A DNA stretch of 58,298 bases from a virus. Taxonomy: Duplodnaviria; Caudoviricetes. Under the pieces are notes generated by a model. That model ran no database searches. It was not told where the DNA came from and worked only from the letters and a program-made list of their open reading frames with translations. Shown here piece after piece: positions 29,601 to 38,163 of the stretch (positions are counted from its first letter, which is position 1; every line of letters starts with the position of its first letter). A program made the translations under genes and the position numbers. The stretch covers positions 1 to 58,298 of the IMG/VR virus record IMGVR_UViG_3300032334_001544. One strand, given 5' to 3'.

Positions 29601-30462
29601 CAACATAAAAGCACATCTTGCTGTTGCGCACGGCTACTGTGACACCAACGATTGCACTGCTATTGATCAGATTCACAAGAGCTGAGACTGTGGGGCTAGC
29701 TGGAACAGTGATCTGTACACCATTGATCCTGAAGCTGTCACCAGCAACCAAGCTGGAATCCATGACAGTGTTGCTGCCTTTGACTGTGGGAACAGCAGCT
29801 TTCCATGCATCAGTACCCACCTGATACCAGTTGTTATCCAATGCTTTCAGATAGACTGGGTTCTTTTGATCAGTGGCTACTACTGCATAATCCCCTATCT
29901 TGCCATAGTTGGGAAGAGGGCGAGTACTGAAAGTATACAGTGATGTGCCAGCATTGCTGGGAATGATGCGATTGGGAGTAATCTTGATAAATTCTTGTAG
30001 TACAGCATCCCATTCAAAGATACCATAATCAGTGGTGTCTGTGTCCTGATAAACTGTCTGATCAGCTGGTGAACCGTAGGGACGATATGCACTGCCTTCC
30101 AGTTGTGTCAGATCTATATTTGTTCTGAGTACATATGCACTAGTGGTCAATCCCAACATGCTATGTGCTGCCATGAGTCCATATTCAGCTAACTCTGAAC
30201 CATAGATACGGTTTCCGCTGTCATTTGATGGGAAGGTGGGAATACCATAATAATTTAATAGTTCACGTTGGCTAGTGACAAGCTGCACTGCATTGGCAGT
30301 GGCTTCAGTGGTGTATGGAGCTATGCCGCCAGCAGTACTGGTTTTATTAGTAGCTGTTGCAATAACAATTAAGGGTACAGTACCAAGACCAGCACTTACA
30401 TAGTTGCTTTCGTCTGTGACTGATACCGATACTCCGGGTGATAGTAATGTTCCTGTTGCCAT
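26680..30462 (-). CDS. tail sheath protein (gp18-like), 1260 aa
   Basis: LLSPGVSV..TDES N-terminus; PWFAPAG..RG, NP, G.KT, DRINVARL, FEPND, CDETNN, P....EFI C-terminal core. Confidence 0.95.
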   Translation of the reverse strand: MATGTLLSPGVSVSVTDESNYVSAGLGTVPLIVIATATNKTSTAGGIAPYTTEATANAVQLVTSQRELLNYYGIPTFPSNDSGNRIYGSELAEYGLMAAHSMLGLTTSAYVLRTNIDLTQLEGSAYRPYGSPADQTVYQDTDTTDYGIFEWDAVLQEFIKITPNRIIPSNAGTSLYTFSTRPLPNYGKIGDYAVVATDQKNPVYLKALDNNWYQVGTDAWKAAVPTVKGSNTVMDSSLVAGDSFRINGVQITVPASPTVSALVNLINSSAIVGVTVAVRNSKMCFYVDDMAESGQTLDASGNVLADGKLYLENITGNFFATAGITVTPTTGSMFNSPLFVAEPHYKEPAWRTGETGTGASGYAQLGIGSPTNIQNIVLQTEGSGYSAAPAVRIGITWNNGITVNLNDDVAINGYHYSVISPGTLGGAAPSPLSTAPQPNGSAVLIFAGIAATAQATLTNGKVTMITVTNQGTGYVTIPQLEIDLPTGDTRRPTGSVWLKTTSVDGGANFDISIYSSNSGAFIKRKAPVYIKGDAEANFGLDKLLGGLAIPAGTLYVLADFGPAGGDYLNYRVMQRQVDGPTNIVGTALNPNFTVNDTFEISVTLPGTPEYSSKYNISMVTPAAGITGASMFVSQLMSANIPYIQAEVNEIGQISITHQAGGVVRMREINNLVTGVPGSALSDAGMTSSVLNIMDSDEVVGEVLGTNWAPAAQLFQQNTMPDIAAPDGTLWYYESPRVIDIMINDGTRWKGYQNVRKDVRGFDLFYTDPNGVIFDVVAPTTQTTGAPLVYGDIWCDTTDLVNYPNLKRYQNILGVDIWVQINNTDRTGSNGIIFADARWDTTGTTDPAIGDFPAVQNLRISDYTDLDCPDATMYPRGMLLFNTRRSSGNIKKYVASKFTNVNYPNKPLPVYQSTWQSYSGIKADGTPHFYRSAQRDIVVSHMRATVDTNVQIREDSRFFNLILCPGYPELSFNLVELNNDRRNTAFIIADTPMRLSSNSSDLVKYLDNTSNTAQDDEAGLTIADPYLAYFYPPAALTNALDGSIGQVVVPMSHAILRVFIRSDQASYPWFAPAGTARGLIDNVSTIGYLDGNSNAFTRVGTQQTLRDLLYTHNVNPVAIFPNLGILNYGNKTRQGINKAMDRINVARLVNYIRYQLEIVVKPLIFEPNDTITRFQAKHIVESMLNTLVVQRGLNDYLVVCDETNNTPTTIDRNELHIDVAIEPIRAVEFIYIPVKILNTGSLQGSAPGLGGVSNTSTSLKV

Positions 30463-30543
30463 TGATTCATTCCTCGTTGGGCTGTTGCCGATATTTAGCG
30501 GAATGATGGGAAATAACTACTTTCACCTGGTTATGTGAGCATA

Positions 30544-31128
30544 TTATACCAATGCAGACACTTTACTTTTCAATGTGATCAGATCACTGTCATTATGGAT
30601 TACCTGGTTGAATTCACTATCTAACCATTGCCATTCACTGGGATGGATGTCCTTGGGTGGTTTCTTTGTACGCAGATATCTGCCTACCCAAACTGGCTCG
30701 TTGCCTCGTTTCACACACCATACCTGGCCATCCATGCGCTGGATCATGTCTATCTCATTGGGAAATCGGGTGTCTGGAATCACATAGTTCTTGCTGTGAT
30801 CAGACAATTTCTTTTCCATGCTGGCGATCCAGATGTCCCTGTGAAACCCTTCACGACATACCTCTGTGCCCCACATCTGTAGCACCCACCTGGGTGTGAG
30901 ATCAGCATAGTTTAATCTGCCTGCCCACCAGGGATCACGCTGTTCTCGCCAATCACGACTTTGAGGCGTATCACCTTCCAGCAAGGCTCGATCCCAGCCA
31001 AATACCACTGACACACAGTCTTTGAGACTGTCAGCAAAACTTACTTTGACAAAATCGTGATTGTTCTGGAGGATGTCAGCGACTGAGCCTTTGCCAGAAC
31101 CTATCAAACCTGTGATACCTATAATCAT
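30544..31128 (-). CDS. deoxynucleoside monophosphate kinase (T4 gp1-like)
   Basis: IIGITGLIGSGK, FADSLKD, TPRWVLQMWGTE, DTRFPNE, H.SE. Confidence 0.9.
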   Translation of the reverse strand: MIIGITGLIGSGKGSVADILQNNHDFVKVSFADSLKDCVSVVFGWDRALLEGDTPQSRDWREQRDPWWAGRLNYADLTPRWVLQMWGTEVCREGFHRDIWIASMEKKLSDHSKNYVIPDTRFPNEIDMIQRMDGQVWCVKRGNEPVWVGRYLRTKKPPKDIHPSEWQWLDSEFNQVIHNDSDLITLKSKVSALV

Positions 31129-31164
31129 TCAAATACTTTATACAGTTTTTATAATAAAGTCAAA

Positions 31165-31920
31165 TTATCCAATCACAAACCACATGGGCGTTTCACCGGT
31201 CATGCTATTTGTGATTTCCAGTTCCACCGCATCCATCTTTTCTTTACCACGGGTGAGCAGATCAGTACCATTGAGACTACTACCACCCTGCGGTCCTGGC
31301 AATGTGGCAAATTTACTGCGGGCTTCACCCAACATCATCATGCATTTAGCCAGGGTATATTCACGTATCCAGGGACTGCTGTAGATGTCCCTGAGCAATG
31401 TGACGTCAGGCTTGTAGTTCTCTGTCCACAGCAGGATGGTTTCCTTGTCTGCACGAGGACGGCGCATGATGGTGAGCTCTTTGGTCACTGTATTGAATGT
31501 GTAATTGAGATAACCACCGAACATCTTGGCAGCTTCTTTAAGGAAGCTACTATACGCAAAGTATGTGCTGAGACCACCCACACGTCCAGACTGGATCATA
31601 TAGAAGTTAACGAAGCCAGCTTCGAATGGCTCGTACTGGCTACTGGTACCTGAATTGGCACCAATGTTGCGTTTGAAACAGTTACGCACACTTATGACCT
31701 CGTTGGGCAACTGATAAGTGTTGGTATTCTCTATCAGTTCCAGGAAGCTGTAACTTTCTTCCACGCTGTTGGCACTACGTTGGCGATATCTGATCAATCC
31801 CTGTTTGAGTGCTTGCTCGTAATGTTCGGGATCTAATTCCACATCCACGAGCCCATCACCCAGACTGAATCGCACGTAGTCAAAAACTTCATTCTTAAGG
31901 GCTGATAACATCTGGTCCAT
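31165..31920 (-). CDS. neck protein (gp13-like)
   Basis: LG...VDVEL; W...Y..A......G..R.KF..LPGPQGG..LNG. Confidence 0.85.
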   Translation of the reverse strand: MDQMLSALKNEVFDYVRFSLGDGLVDVELDPEHYEQALKQGLIRYRQRSANSVEESYSFLELIENTNTYQLPNEVISVRNCFKRNIGANSGTSSQYEPFEAGFVNFYMIQSGRVGGLSTYFAYSSFLKEAAKMFGGYLNYTFNTVTKELTIMRRPRADKETILLWTENYKPDVTLLRDIYSSPWIREYTLAKCMMMLGEARSKFATLPGPQGGSSLNGTDLLTRGKEKMDAVELEITNSMTGETPMWFVIG

Positions 31921-31928
31921 GAAGATAT

Positions 31929-32258
31929 TTATGCCACATCAAATGACAGGCATAGCAACGATACCTCTTCTGCTCCAGCTAGGAATATGCGGCTCTTGTG
32001 CTCCTTGGCATCCCAACACCAGTGGGGATTGTTGATGTCATATTGTACAGATATATTATACATGTCCCATTCACAACTGTGGCCCCATTGCCCTTGGCAC
32101 CATCGACGCAACAGCAGATGATCAGCATAACGCTGGAACCTGACAGTATAGGAGAATTTAGTATCCCTGGCGATGTCCACGAAGAATTTGAACTGTGGCC
32201 AGCCGTTATACCTGCTATCCAACTTCTTTATCACCAGCTTGTTCACGATCATAGTCAT
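31929..32258 (-). CDS. hypothetical protein
   Basis: RRWCQGQWG motif; ATGA overlap. Confidence 0.55.
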   Translation of the reverse strand: MTMIVNKLVIKKLDSRYNGWPQFKFFVDIARDTKFSYTVRFQRYADHLLLRRWCQGQWGHSCEWDMYNISVQYDINNPHWCWDAKEHKSRIFLAGAEEVSLLCLSFDVA

Positions 32259-32503
32259 GGTTTACCCCAACGCAGATACATGTATACCAGATCCTCATCT
32301 GTGAAATCACCTGTGACAGTTATGCTATATCCCATGGTTTTCACATCCGGAGAGCAGTGGAAAGTCAAGGCACCCAAGCAATGCTCGTGGCACCACATGC
32401 CATGTTCGGTCAGTTTCCATTCACACAGTGGTTCTGCTGCCCACAGATATGGATCCTCATTATATGCCATGGTGTGGCAATACACTAATGAATGCTTATT
32501 CAT
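32255..32503 (-). CDS. hypothetical protein (LRW C-terminal family)
   Basis: Ends DEDLVYMYLRWGKP, like the 41.4-42.7 kb array. Confidence 0.55.
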   Translation of the reverse strand: MNKHSLVYCHTMAYNEDPYLWAAEPLCEWKLTEHGMWCHEHCLGALTFHCSPDVKTMGYSITVTGDFTDEDLVYMYLRWGKP

Positions 32504-32714
32504 CTTGCCAAGCCATTATGATCGCAACCTGTGCTTGGGTATCACCACCACGGATCTCCCAGTAAGGAATTCCATTATTGAAACACCACCGATACACGCA
32601 ATCCGGATACAGTCGATCCATCCAGTCTTTGAACCGGATGGATTCGTTCAGATCTCCAGTGGTACCACGCATGTGCCAACGGCCCAGGTCTGATTCCATG
32701 GATTGCAGGTTCAT
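32496..32714 (-). CDS. hypothetical protein
   Basis: Co-oriented overlapping ORF. Confidence 0.5.
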   Translation of the reverse strand: MNLQSMESDLGRWHMRGTTGDLNESIRFKDWMDRLYPDCVYRWCFNNGIPYWEIRGGDTQAQVAIIMAWQDE

Positions 32715-32944
32715 TCCTGGTCCAATATGTCTGCCAGTTCGTGATGAGGCAAGTAATACTCCATCATGATCTTGATAGCTTCATAATAACGGATTGCATT
32801 TTCCAGATCTTCCTGTTCAAAGTCTGGCAATTCTCCACGAGCTCGCAGTTCATAGATCTGTGTACGCAATCCACGATAGTCTGTGATCAAAATATCACGG
32901 AACAGGGCATCAGCAGTGTCGTCACTGATATCAATCTGTGGCAT
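32711..32944 (-). CDS. hypothetical protein
   Basis: GGAG RBS; overlap with neighbour. Confidence 0.6.
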   Translation of the reverse strand: MPQIDISDDTADALFRDILITDYRGLRTQIYELRARGELPDFEQEDLENAIRYYEAIKIMMEYYLPHHELADILDQE

Positions 32945-33122
32945 AGCCAGTCTCCTGAATTTGTGCTTTCATCTGTTCTACTAATACAGTCATCTCTCTG
33001 AGCCGTATGTCCAAGCTGTGTAGCAGGGCAGCGTTCATAGTGGCTAGTTTCTTGTTCTGTAGTAGGAGATCAGCAAACTGCCGATCCCTGTTGTAGTCCT
33101 TTATTGCGTCATTGTCAGTCAT
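32931..33122 (-). CDS. hypothetical coiled-coil protein
   Basis: ATGA overlap with the upstream gene. Confidence 0.5.
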   Translation of the reverse strand: MTDNDAIKDYNRDRQFADLLLQNKKLATMNAALLHSLDIRLREMTVLVEQMKAQIQETGYATD

Positions 33123-34279
33123 TTCTGCACCTTTAATAGCATGGTATCTGCGTTGAGCCGACCATTCATTTGCACACCAGTGGTGCTCATCTCATCCATC
33201 CAGGTACGCAAGGCTACCTTGCCAGCTGCCATGAACTTCTTCATCACCACCTCAGGCTTACGCACAGTCTTGGCCACGCTGGTCTTCACATCATAGCCCA
33301 GGATGGCTGTGCCTTTGATGCCCAGCGTACCTGAGTCTGCTGCTGCCACATACTTGCCCAGCTTGCGGGTCTTCTTGTTATAGACCCACAGCTCTTTGGC
33401 TCCGATCACATCAACTGGGTTGATGCTTACTAGGTTCAGTTCTGTGTCCTCAGTGCAATACTTGACCTTCTTGACCAGCTTTTCCTTGCTCACAGGCTTC
33501 TTGACACGGGCCTTACGCACTGCTGCCTTGACTGCACCGTATGTGTTCAGAGCGTCCGTGAGCTTGCTATAGAACAACTGCATACGTTTGAGGTCAGCTT
33601 TAGAAACCCACTTGTAGGCTTCTGCCAACTGGCTGTCAGCACCCTTGCCCTGGCTAGCTGTGAGTTCTGCTTCGATCTCAGCATAGTAGCTGATGATGCG
33701 GCTGACGAACTGCTGAGGCATCTTGCTGTCACGGAAGTATGCGACAAAGTCTGGCAGCTCTGTGCCAGCCATGTAGGCATCATACTGGGCTTCCAGTTCA
33801 CCGATGATGTCATATTGCTTGTCACGCATGTGATCTTGGATGGTGCGTTTGGCCTGTACAGGTTTAGCTGCCTGCTTCTCTGTGAGTTTCACATTGCCAT
33901 ATGTGAGCAATTCAGCCAGCTTGTTTGTGACAAAGTCTGGAGTTACATCTGGATAGCCATTGATCATCATCTTGGCAAAGCTGCAAATTGGCATGCCCAC
34001 ACGGCTATCTTCACACTCAGCAAAGGCAGCAATTTCTGCCTTGCCCCATTTGAGGTCGCGTTGGCCAAACTGCACCACATACTTGCGCATTTCTGCAGGG
34101 GTGTAGTAATAGTTGTAGAAATTGTAGCCACGCAACAGGGCAAAACGCTGTTGCTCTTCTGTGAGCTTGTCCCAGTTGTCAAAGGTCAACTCACCACCTG
34201 TGAACTTCTCGTCAGAATATTTGGGCTGACGAGGAGCGGCTTTCTTCTTGGTTTTTACACTGAGTAGGCTTTTCGCCAT
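33119..34279 (-). CDS. conserved phage hypothetical protein, 386 aa
   Basis: Long, codon-biased ORF with its own TTGACA promoter; C-terminal SINP..IGA..LWVYN.KTRKL...GRLN motif. Confidence 0.7.
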   Translation of the reverse strand: MAKSLLSVKTKKKAAPRQPKYSDEKFTGGELTFDNWDKLTEEQQRFALLRGYNFYNYYYTPAEMRKYVVQFGQRDLKWGKAEIAAFAECEDSRVGMPICSFAKMMINGYPDVTPDFVTNKLAELLTYGNVKLTEKQAAKPVQAKRTIQDHMRDKQYDIIGELEAQYDAYMAGTELPDFVAYFRDSKMPQQFVSRIISYYAEIEAELTASQGKGADSQLAEAYKWVSKADLKRMQLFYSKLTDALNTYGAVKAAVRKARVKKPVSKEKLVKKVKYCTEDTELNLVSINPVDVIGAKELWVYNKKTRKLGKYVAAADSGTLGIKGTAILGYDVKTSVAKTVRKPEVVMKKFMAAGKVALRTWMDEMSTTGVQMNGRLNADTMLLKVQK

Positions 34280-34782
34280 TGCTGATACCCCTGTGATGTT
34301 GTGTCATTATAATTTACACGATCTGCAGCTTCTGTCAACTGCAAAGTTTCCAGCCTGTTCTGGTTGTATCCATCCATGCAGACCTGATAATACCCAGTGC
34401 TGGGGGCACTCTCATACTCCTGTTCAGCCATGACATATACCCAGGCTACCTGTTCCTGGTCCCGGTAATCATAGACAAACACCCGCTGGCGCAGATAATA
34501 GTTGGGAAAACCTTCATACATGTCCAGGCTTTCCAGATCATAATCATCCACTTGCCACAGCAGGCCAGTGCAGTCATATCGACGATCCAGTTCCACATCT
34601 GCATGTCCGCGGAATGTCAGACGGAAGCCTGGCAATACAGCTGGGCCCAGATTGACAGCCTGGGGGCAACGCTGGCCCATCTGCTCCAGATGGGTGTTAC
34701 TACCATAGGCAAAATAAAGATGACGCCGGGCAGGGTCATGCTTTTTGTGTCGTAGCGACGTGGATTCATTACGGATTCTCAT
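34255..34782 (-). CDS. gamma-glutamylcyclotransferase (AIG2-like)
   Basis: LYFAYGSN, LD.YEG.P..Y, PS..Y. Confidence 0.85.
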   Translation of the reverse strand: MRIRNESTSLRHKKHDPARRHLYFAYGSNTHLEQMGQRCPQAVNLGPAVLPGFRLTFRGHADVELDRRYDCTGLLWQVDDYDLESLDMYEGFPNYYLRQRVFVYDYRDQEQVAWVYVMAEQEYESAPSTGYYQVCMDGYNQNRLETLQLTEAADRVNYNDTTSQGYQQWRKAYSV

Positions 34783-34814
34783 AGTTTTTGCTACCTCTTT
34801 CAGGTGTTAATATA

Positions 34815-34897
34815 GGTTAATATATAGGAGTCTGGCCAGATGTCAATGGTTTTTTTCTGAAAAAAACGGTTGACGCAGTCAGATACTGTGTTATATT
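34815..34897. promoter_or_regulatory. divergent early promoters at the strand switch
   Basis: Minus-strand TTGACA...TATATT and plus-strand TTGACG-N16-TATATT separated by a T7/A7 inverted repeat. Confidence 0.7.
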
Positions 34898-34924
34898 GGG
34901 TTGTAAGCTGATGCAAAGGAGCAC

Positions 34925-35062
34925 ATGATGATCTGGGTAGCATACAATCATAATGGTGTTGAGATCTGCCGCAATGCTGATGTGGGTAACTTGATGGAAG
35001 AAGTCATGTTCTACGAGGAAGTTACCGGAAATAAATGCACCGTGCGGCAAATTAACGCTTGA
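34925..35062 (+). CDS. small early protein, 45 aa (not in ORF track)
   Basis: AAGGAG RBS; MMIWVAYNHNGVEICRNADVGNLMEEVMFYEEVTGNKCTVRQINA. Confidence 0.6.
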   Translation: MMIWVAYNHNGVEICRNADVGNLMEEVMFYEEVTGNKCTVRQINA

Positions 35063-35097
35063 CACCTGATAAAGCCGTGTTATATTCAGTTATAAAT
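35059..35097 (+). promoter_or_regulatory. early promoter
   Basis: TTGACA-N16-TATATT-cag-TTATAAA. Confidence 0.75.
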
Positions 35098-35116
35098 TGA
35101 TGCAAAGGAGCAAGCC

Positions 35117-35284
35117 ATGCACACCACAGTTGTAAGTCCTGCCATGCGTACCACCATCCTGGACATGATCCGCGGCCCATACAAGTTCCGTAAACTGGAA
35201 CTGATTATGAAAGTCAAAACAATGACAGGCCTGGGGCATAAAGATACCAAGGACCTGGTAGAAGCTATCCAACAAAGCAGATAA
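35117..35284 (+). CDS. ribosomal protein bL12 C-terminal-domain-like mini protein, 55 aa (not in ORF track)
   Basis: AAGGAG RBS; KLELIMKVKTMTGLGHKDTKDLVEA against bL12 consensus K..VIK.VR..TGLGLKEAKDLVE. Confidence 0.6.
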   Translation: MHTTVVSPAMRTTILDMIRGPYKFRKLELIMKVKTMTGLGHKDTKDLVEAIQQSR

Positions 35285-35290
35285 TAATCA

Positions 35291-35350
35291 CAGACCGTGT
35301 CAAACAAACCATTGACACGGTCTGAACTTGTGTTATATTCAGTTATAAAT
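35291..35350 (+). promoter_or_regulatory. early promoter with 13-bp inverted repeat over the -35 box
   Basis: CAGACCGTGTCAA/TTGACACGGTCTG; TTGACA-N16-TATATT. Confidence 0.75.
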
Positions 35351-35367
35351 TGATGATGGAGATGCAC

Positions 35368-35646
35368 ATGTCATACGTTGTTTACAATACCCAGACCACC
35401 CGTATCGTCAGCAGCCGTAACACCAAGCATTGGAAGAGTGCTGGTGCAGCAAAAGCGCACCTGACCCGCATGGGCAAGATGGGATACAATGTGGGCGAGC
35501 ATGCAGTTGCAGAGACCAACTATTTTTACGATAATATCGAGAAGAGCGTAACCAAGACCAATCTGATGACCGGCAAGGAATATCAGGAGAGTGTTAACAC
35601 CCCTATTTCTTGTAGCCTTGCCTCAGAAACATATTGGAGCATGTGA
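35368..35646 (+). CDS. hypothetical early protein
   Basis: GGAG RBS; AAKAHLTR...NLMTG...ES.NTP..C....ETYWSM. Confidence 0.7.
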   Translation: MSYVVYNTQTTRIVSSRNTKHWKSAGAAKAHLTRMGKMGYNVGEHAVAETNYFYDNIEKSVTKTNLMTGKEYQESVNTPISCSLASETYWSM

Positions 35647-36092
35647 TGACAAATTTTAATAGACCTGTGGTGGTGGATGTGGATGGCACCTTGGCCAACA
35701 CCCAGCACCGCAAACACTTTGTGGAAAGCCGTCCCAAGGACTGGGCTGCTTGGAATGACAACATGGTTCTGGACACTGTGCATGAAGATATTCGCCAGCT
35801 GGTCACTGAACTCAGCCTGCGTCGTGAAGTGATCATCTGCACTGGTCGTGAGGACACTTATCGTGAAGTCACAGAAAAGTGGCTCACAGACAATCAGATC
35901 CCTTTCGATAAGGTGTTCATGCGGCGTGCCAAAGACTACCGCAAGGACAGCATTGTCAAGACAGAACTGCTGGACCAGATCCGTCAATGGCATGGCGAAC
36001 CCTTTGTATGGTTGGACGACCGCAATCAGGTAGTCAATGCCATCCGTGAGGCAGGTGTGCGGGTGCTGCAAGTGGCCCCAGGAGACTTTTGA
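35646..36092 (+). CDS. HAD-family polynucleotide 3'-phosphatase (PseT C-terminal-like)
   Basis: VDVDGT, TGR, MR...D.RKD..VK, DDR. Confidence 0.85.
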   Translation: MTNFNRPVVVDVDGTLANTQHRKHFVESRPKDWAAWNDNMVLDTVHEDIRQLVTELSLRREVIICTGREDTYREVTEKWLTDNQIPFDKVFMRRAKDYRKDSIVKTELLDQIRQWHGEPFVWLDDRNQVVNAIREAGVRVLQVAPGDF

Positions 36093-36370
36093 TAATGGGC
36101 GTTGCCACACCCTCAGAGATAGAACGTCGCCACAGGATCAGATTATCTGTGGCGGCGTACGCCTACGAGTTTGACAACACCAGCATCATGTCAGATGCAG
36201 ACTTTGATCAGCTGGCCCTACAGATCGATCCGCAAGTTTCCACAGGGCATGCTGTCATGGACCAGTTCTTTCGTACCCAATTCCAGCCTGATACAGGACA
36301 GTGGATACACAAGCATCCAGAGCTGGAACGGGTCAAGCAATTATACCTGAGGGTTCATAAGAATGCCTAA
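36089..36370 (+). CDS. stand-alone LigA domain-Ia-like protein
   Basis: YAYEFDNTSIMSDADFDQL resembles the NAD+-ligase motif YY..D.P.ISDAEYD.L. Confidence 0.55.
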   Translation: MIMGVATPSEIERRHRIRLSVAAYAYEFDNTSIMSDADFDQLALQIDPQVSTGHAVMDQFFRTQFQPDTGQWIHKHPELERVKQLYLRVHKNA

Positions 36371-36533
36371 ACATTGGATCATGGGCATATGCCAGGGTGT
36401 GTTTGCTGGCATCATGGCTAGCATATGTGAGCTGGGACTGTTCATCTATATTAGTATACTTTTGATCTCAAGCATGCTATATTCTTTTGCATTGAGCTAT
36501 CTGGAATGGAATCAATCGGATCAGGAGGAATGA
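36363..36533 (+). CDS. small membrane protein, 56 aa (not in ORF track)
   Basis: MPKHWIMGICQGVFAGIMASICELGLFIYISILLISSMLYSFALSYLEW... Confidence 0.5.
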   Translation: MPKHWIMGICQGVFAGIMASICELGLFIYISILLISSMLYSFALSYLEWNQSDQEE

Positions 36534-36534
36534 A

Positions 36535-36720
36535 ATGAGTACATTAGGTTGGGTTACGGTGTTGGCATTGGTTCTGGCGTTCATTTTGATCGGTCCAGTG
36601 CTGACCATCTATTCATTAAACACGTTGTTCCACACCAACATCGAGTTGGACTTGGGAACCTACGCCAGTGCTACATGGCTCACAGCTTTGTTTGTCACTG
36701 CAATCAACCGTGGCAAATAA
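36535..36720 (+). CDS. small membrane protein
   Basis: GGAGG RBS; two hydrophobic segments. Confidence 0.65.
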   Translation: MSTLGWVTVLALVLAFILIGPVLTIYSLNTLFHTNIELDLGTYASATWLTALFVTAINRGK

Positions 36721-36732
36721 CAGGAGGCTAAC

Positions 36733-37389
36733 ATGACGTGGCGTTTGAGCACTGAAGAGAAGAAATCGGTTACTGAGATCCAGACCTGGACCAACGGCGA
36801 ACTGGCTGCACAACTAGAGATGGGATGGCGTTGGGGGCATTGGGATTACCAAACCAAACCTGACATCAGCAAGCATGATCCTAACGGTCAGACAGAAGTG
36901 TACGACTTTGGTGATGTGCAGGATCAGGAACAAGATGACAGTTGCTGGCAGGAATGGACCTGGCCTGATGACATGGACTCGGACGAGATCGAGCGTCTCG
37001 AGGAAATCTATAACGACGAAGGTACAGAAGGTCTGGAGAACGAAGGCTGGGAGAACGATGAGACTGAGTACTTTGTGACTGGACCACTGAAAGTGGAATT
37101 TATTCCTGCAAACTACCAGAAGAAGCCTGTGGTGATACAGGCTGTCCAGTTCACAGCAGATAACATCGAAGGCTTGCGTGAATTCTGCGGGGATGCTCTA
37201 GGTGCTGTCACAGACTCAGAAGCACATATCCGTACACTGGAAGATGGTGCTGTGCATCAGGTGGAGCATATTGCCACCATTGGCGACTATATCATCAAGG
37301 GAATCCGTGGCGAGTTTTATGCCTGTAAACCAGACATCTTCCTAGCCAGCTATGAGACCACTTGGCGGAGATATGGACCACATGAGTGA
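36733..37389 (+). CDS. two-domain hypothetical phage protein
   Basis: Acidic N-domain fused to a KKPVVIQAVQF...GDYIIKG..GEFY.CKPDIF..YE domain. Confidence 0.7.
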   Translation: MTWRLSTEEKKSVTEIQTWTNGELAAQLEMGWRWGHWDYQTKPDISKHDPNGQTEVYDFGDVQDQEQDDSCWQEWTWPDDMDSDEIERLEEIYNDEGTEGLENEGWENDETEYFVTGPLKVEFIPANYQKKPVVIQAVQFTADNIEGLREFCGDALGAVTDSEAHIRTLEDGAVHQVEHIATIGDYIIKGIRGEFYACKPDIFLASYETTWRRYGPHE

Positions 37390-37675
37390 TGATGTACTGG
37401 AATATCTCAAAGACGCTTATTCGTTCCTGATGGATCCTGCTCTGGGCAAAGCCATCGCAGAGATCGAACGCCTGCGTAACAAGTGTGATACCCAGGTACA
37501 GATGCTGAGGCGTCTGGATGCTGAGAAGTTTCCAGGCACATACTTCATCCACAGTGGCTTGGGCGAAACTGATGCCAACGGTATGCCAGAACGATTGATG
37601 GTAGTGCCGGCTTATGGTGTTGACTTTAGTTACATCTACCAGTATACTGGTAAAACTACAGGACCGGAATGGTGA
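37373..37675 (+). CDS. hypothetical protein
   Basis: GGAG RBS; co-oriented. Confidence 0.55.
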   Translation: MDHMSDDVLEYLKDAYSFLMDPALGKAIAEIERLRNKCDTQVQMLRRLDAEKFPGTYFIHSGLGETDANGMPERLMVVPAYGVDFSYIYQYTGKTTGPEW

Positions 37676-37676
37676 T

Positions 37677-37943
37677 ATGACCAAAGAACAGCTGGAAGCG
37701 ATCTGGAATAGCAGCGAAATCGGATGGCTTAAACGCCAGAGCAGCTCTGGTAAAAAGAAAGAACAGCGCACGATCGAGATCACCTTCTACAACAAAGTCA
37801 CTGTGCATACCATCCAAGAGACTGTGTGGGCAGGTAAGAAAGATACTACTCAGTTCCATGCTTGGGACATCATTAGCCGGCATTTTCCTGACACCAAAGA
37901 TCTTCCCAGTAAAAACTATGAAACGAGGTTCGTATATGACTGA
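37677..37943 (+). CDS. hypothetical protein
   Basis: Start at MTKEQLE. Confidence 0.5.
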   Translation: MTKEQLEAIWNSSEIGWLKRQSSSGKKKEQRTIEITFYNKVTVHTIQETVWAGKKDTTQFHAWDIISRHFPDTKDLPSKNYETRFVYD

Positions 37944-38163
37944 TATCATGACTGATTATGAGAAGAGCGTCCGCCGTGGTGAGCTCATGGTAGCTCGTTA
38001 CCAGGTGGAGCATCCTACCTATGACCGTGTGGCTGACTTGCTCACAGATCTCAAAGCCTATTGTGAGCACAACGGCATCAATTTTGCTGATGAGGTGCAA
38101 GAAGCTAACTGTCAGTTGGATGCAGAAAAGTTAGAAAAAACATGGCACAGCGTACAGTTGTAA
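37936..38163 (+). CDS. hypothetical protein
   Basis: DLLTDLKAYC...GI.F motif; GAGG RBS. Confidence 0.55.
   Translation: MTDIMTDYEKSVRRGELMVARYQVEHPTYDRVADLLTDLKAYCEHNGINFADEVQEANCQLDAEKLEKTWHSVQL

Noticed and set aside
598-33825. Numerous plus-strand ORFs overlapping the minus-strand genes (e.g. 6725..7411, 13282..13827, 31998..32693)
   Set aside because: Antisense shadows of well-supported genes with no recognisable motifs; only the HNH at 20392 is accepted on this strand
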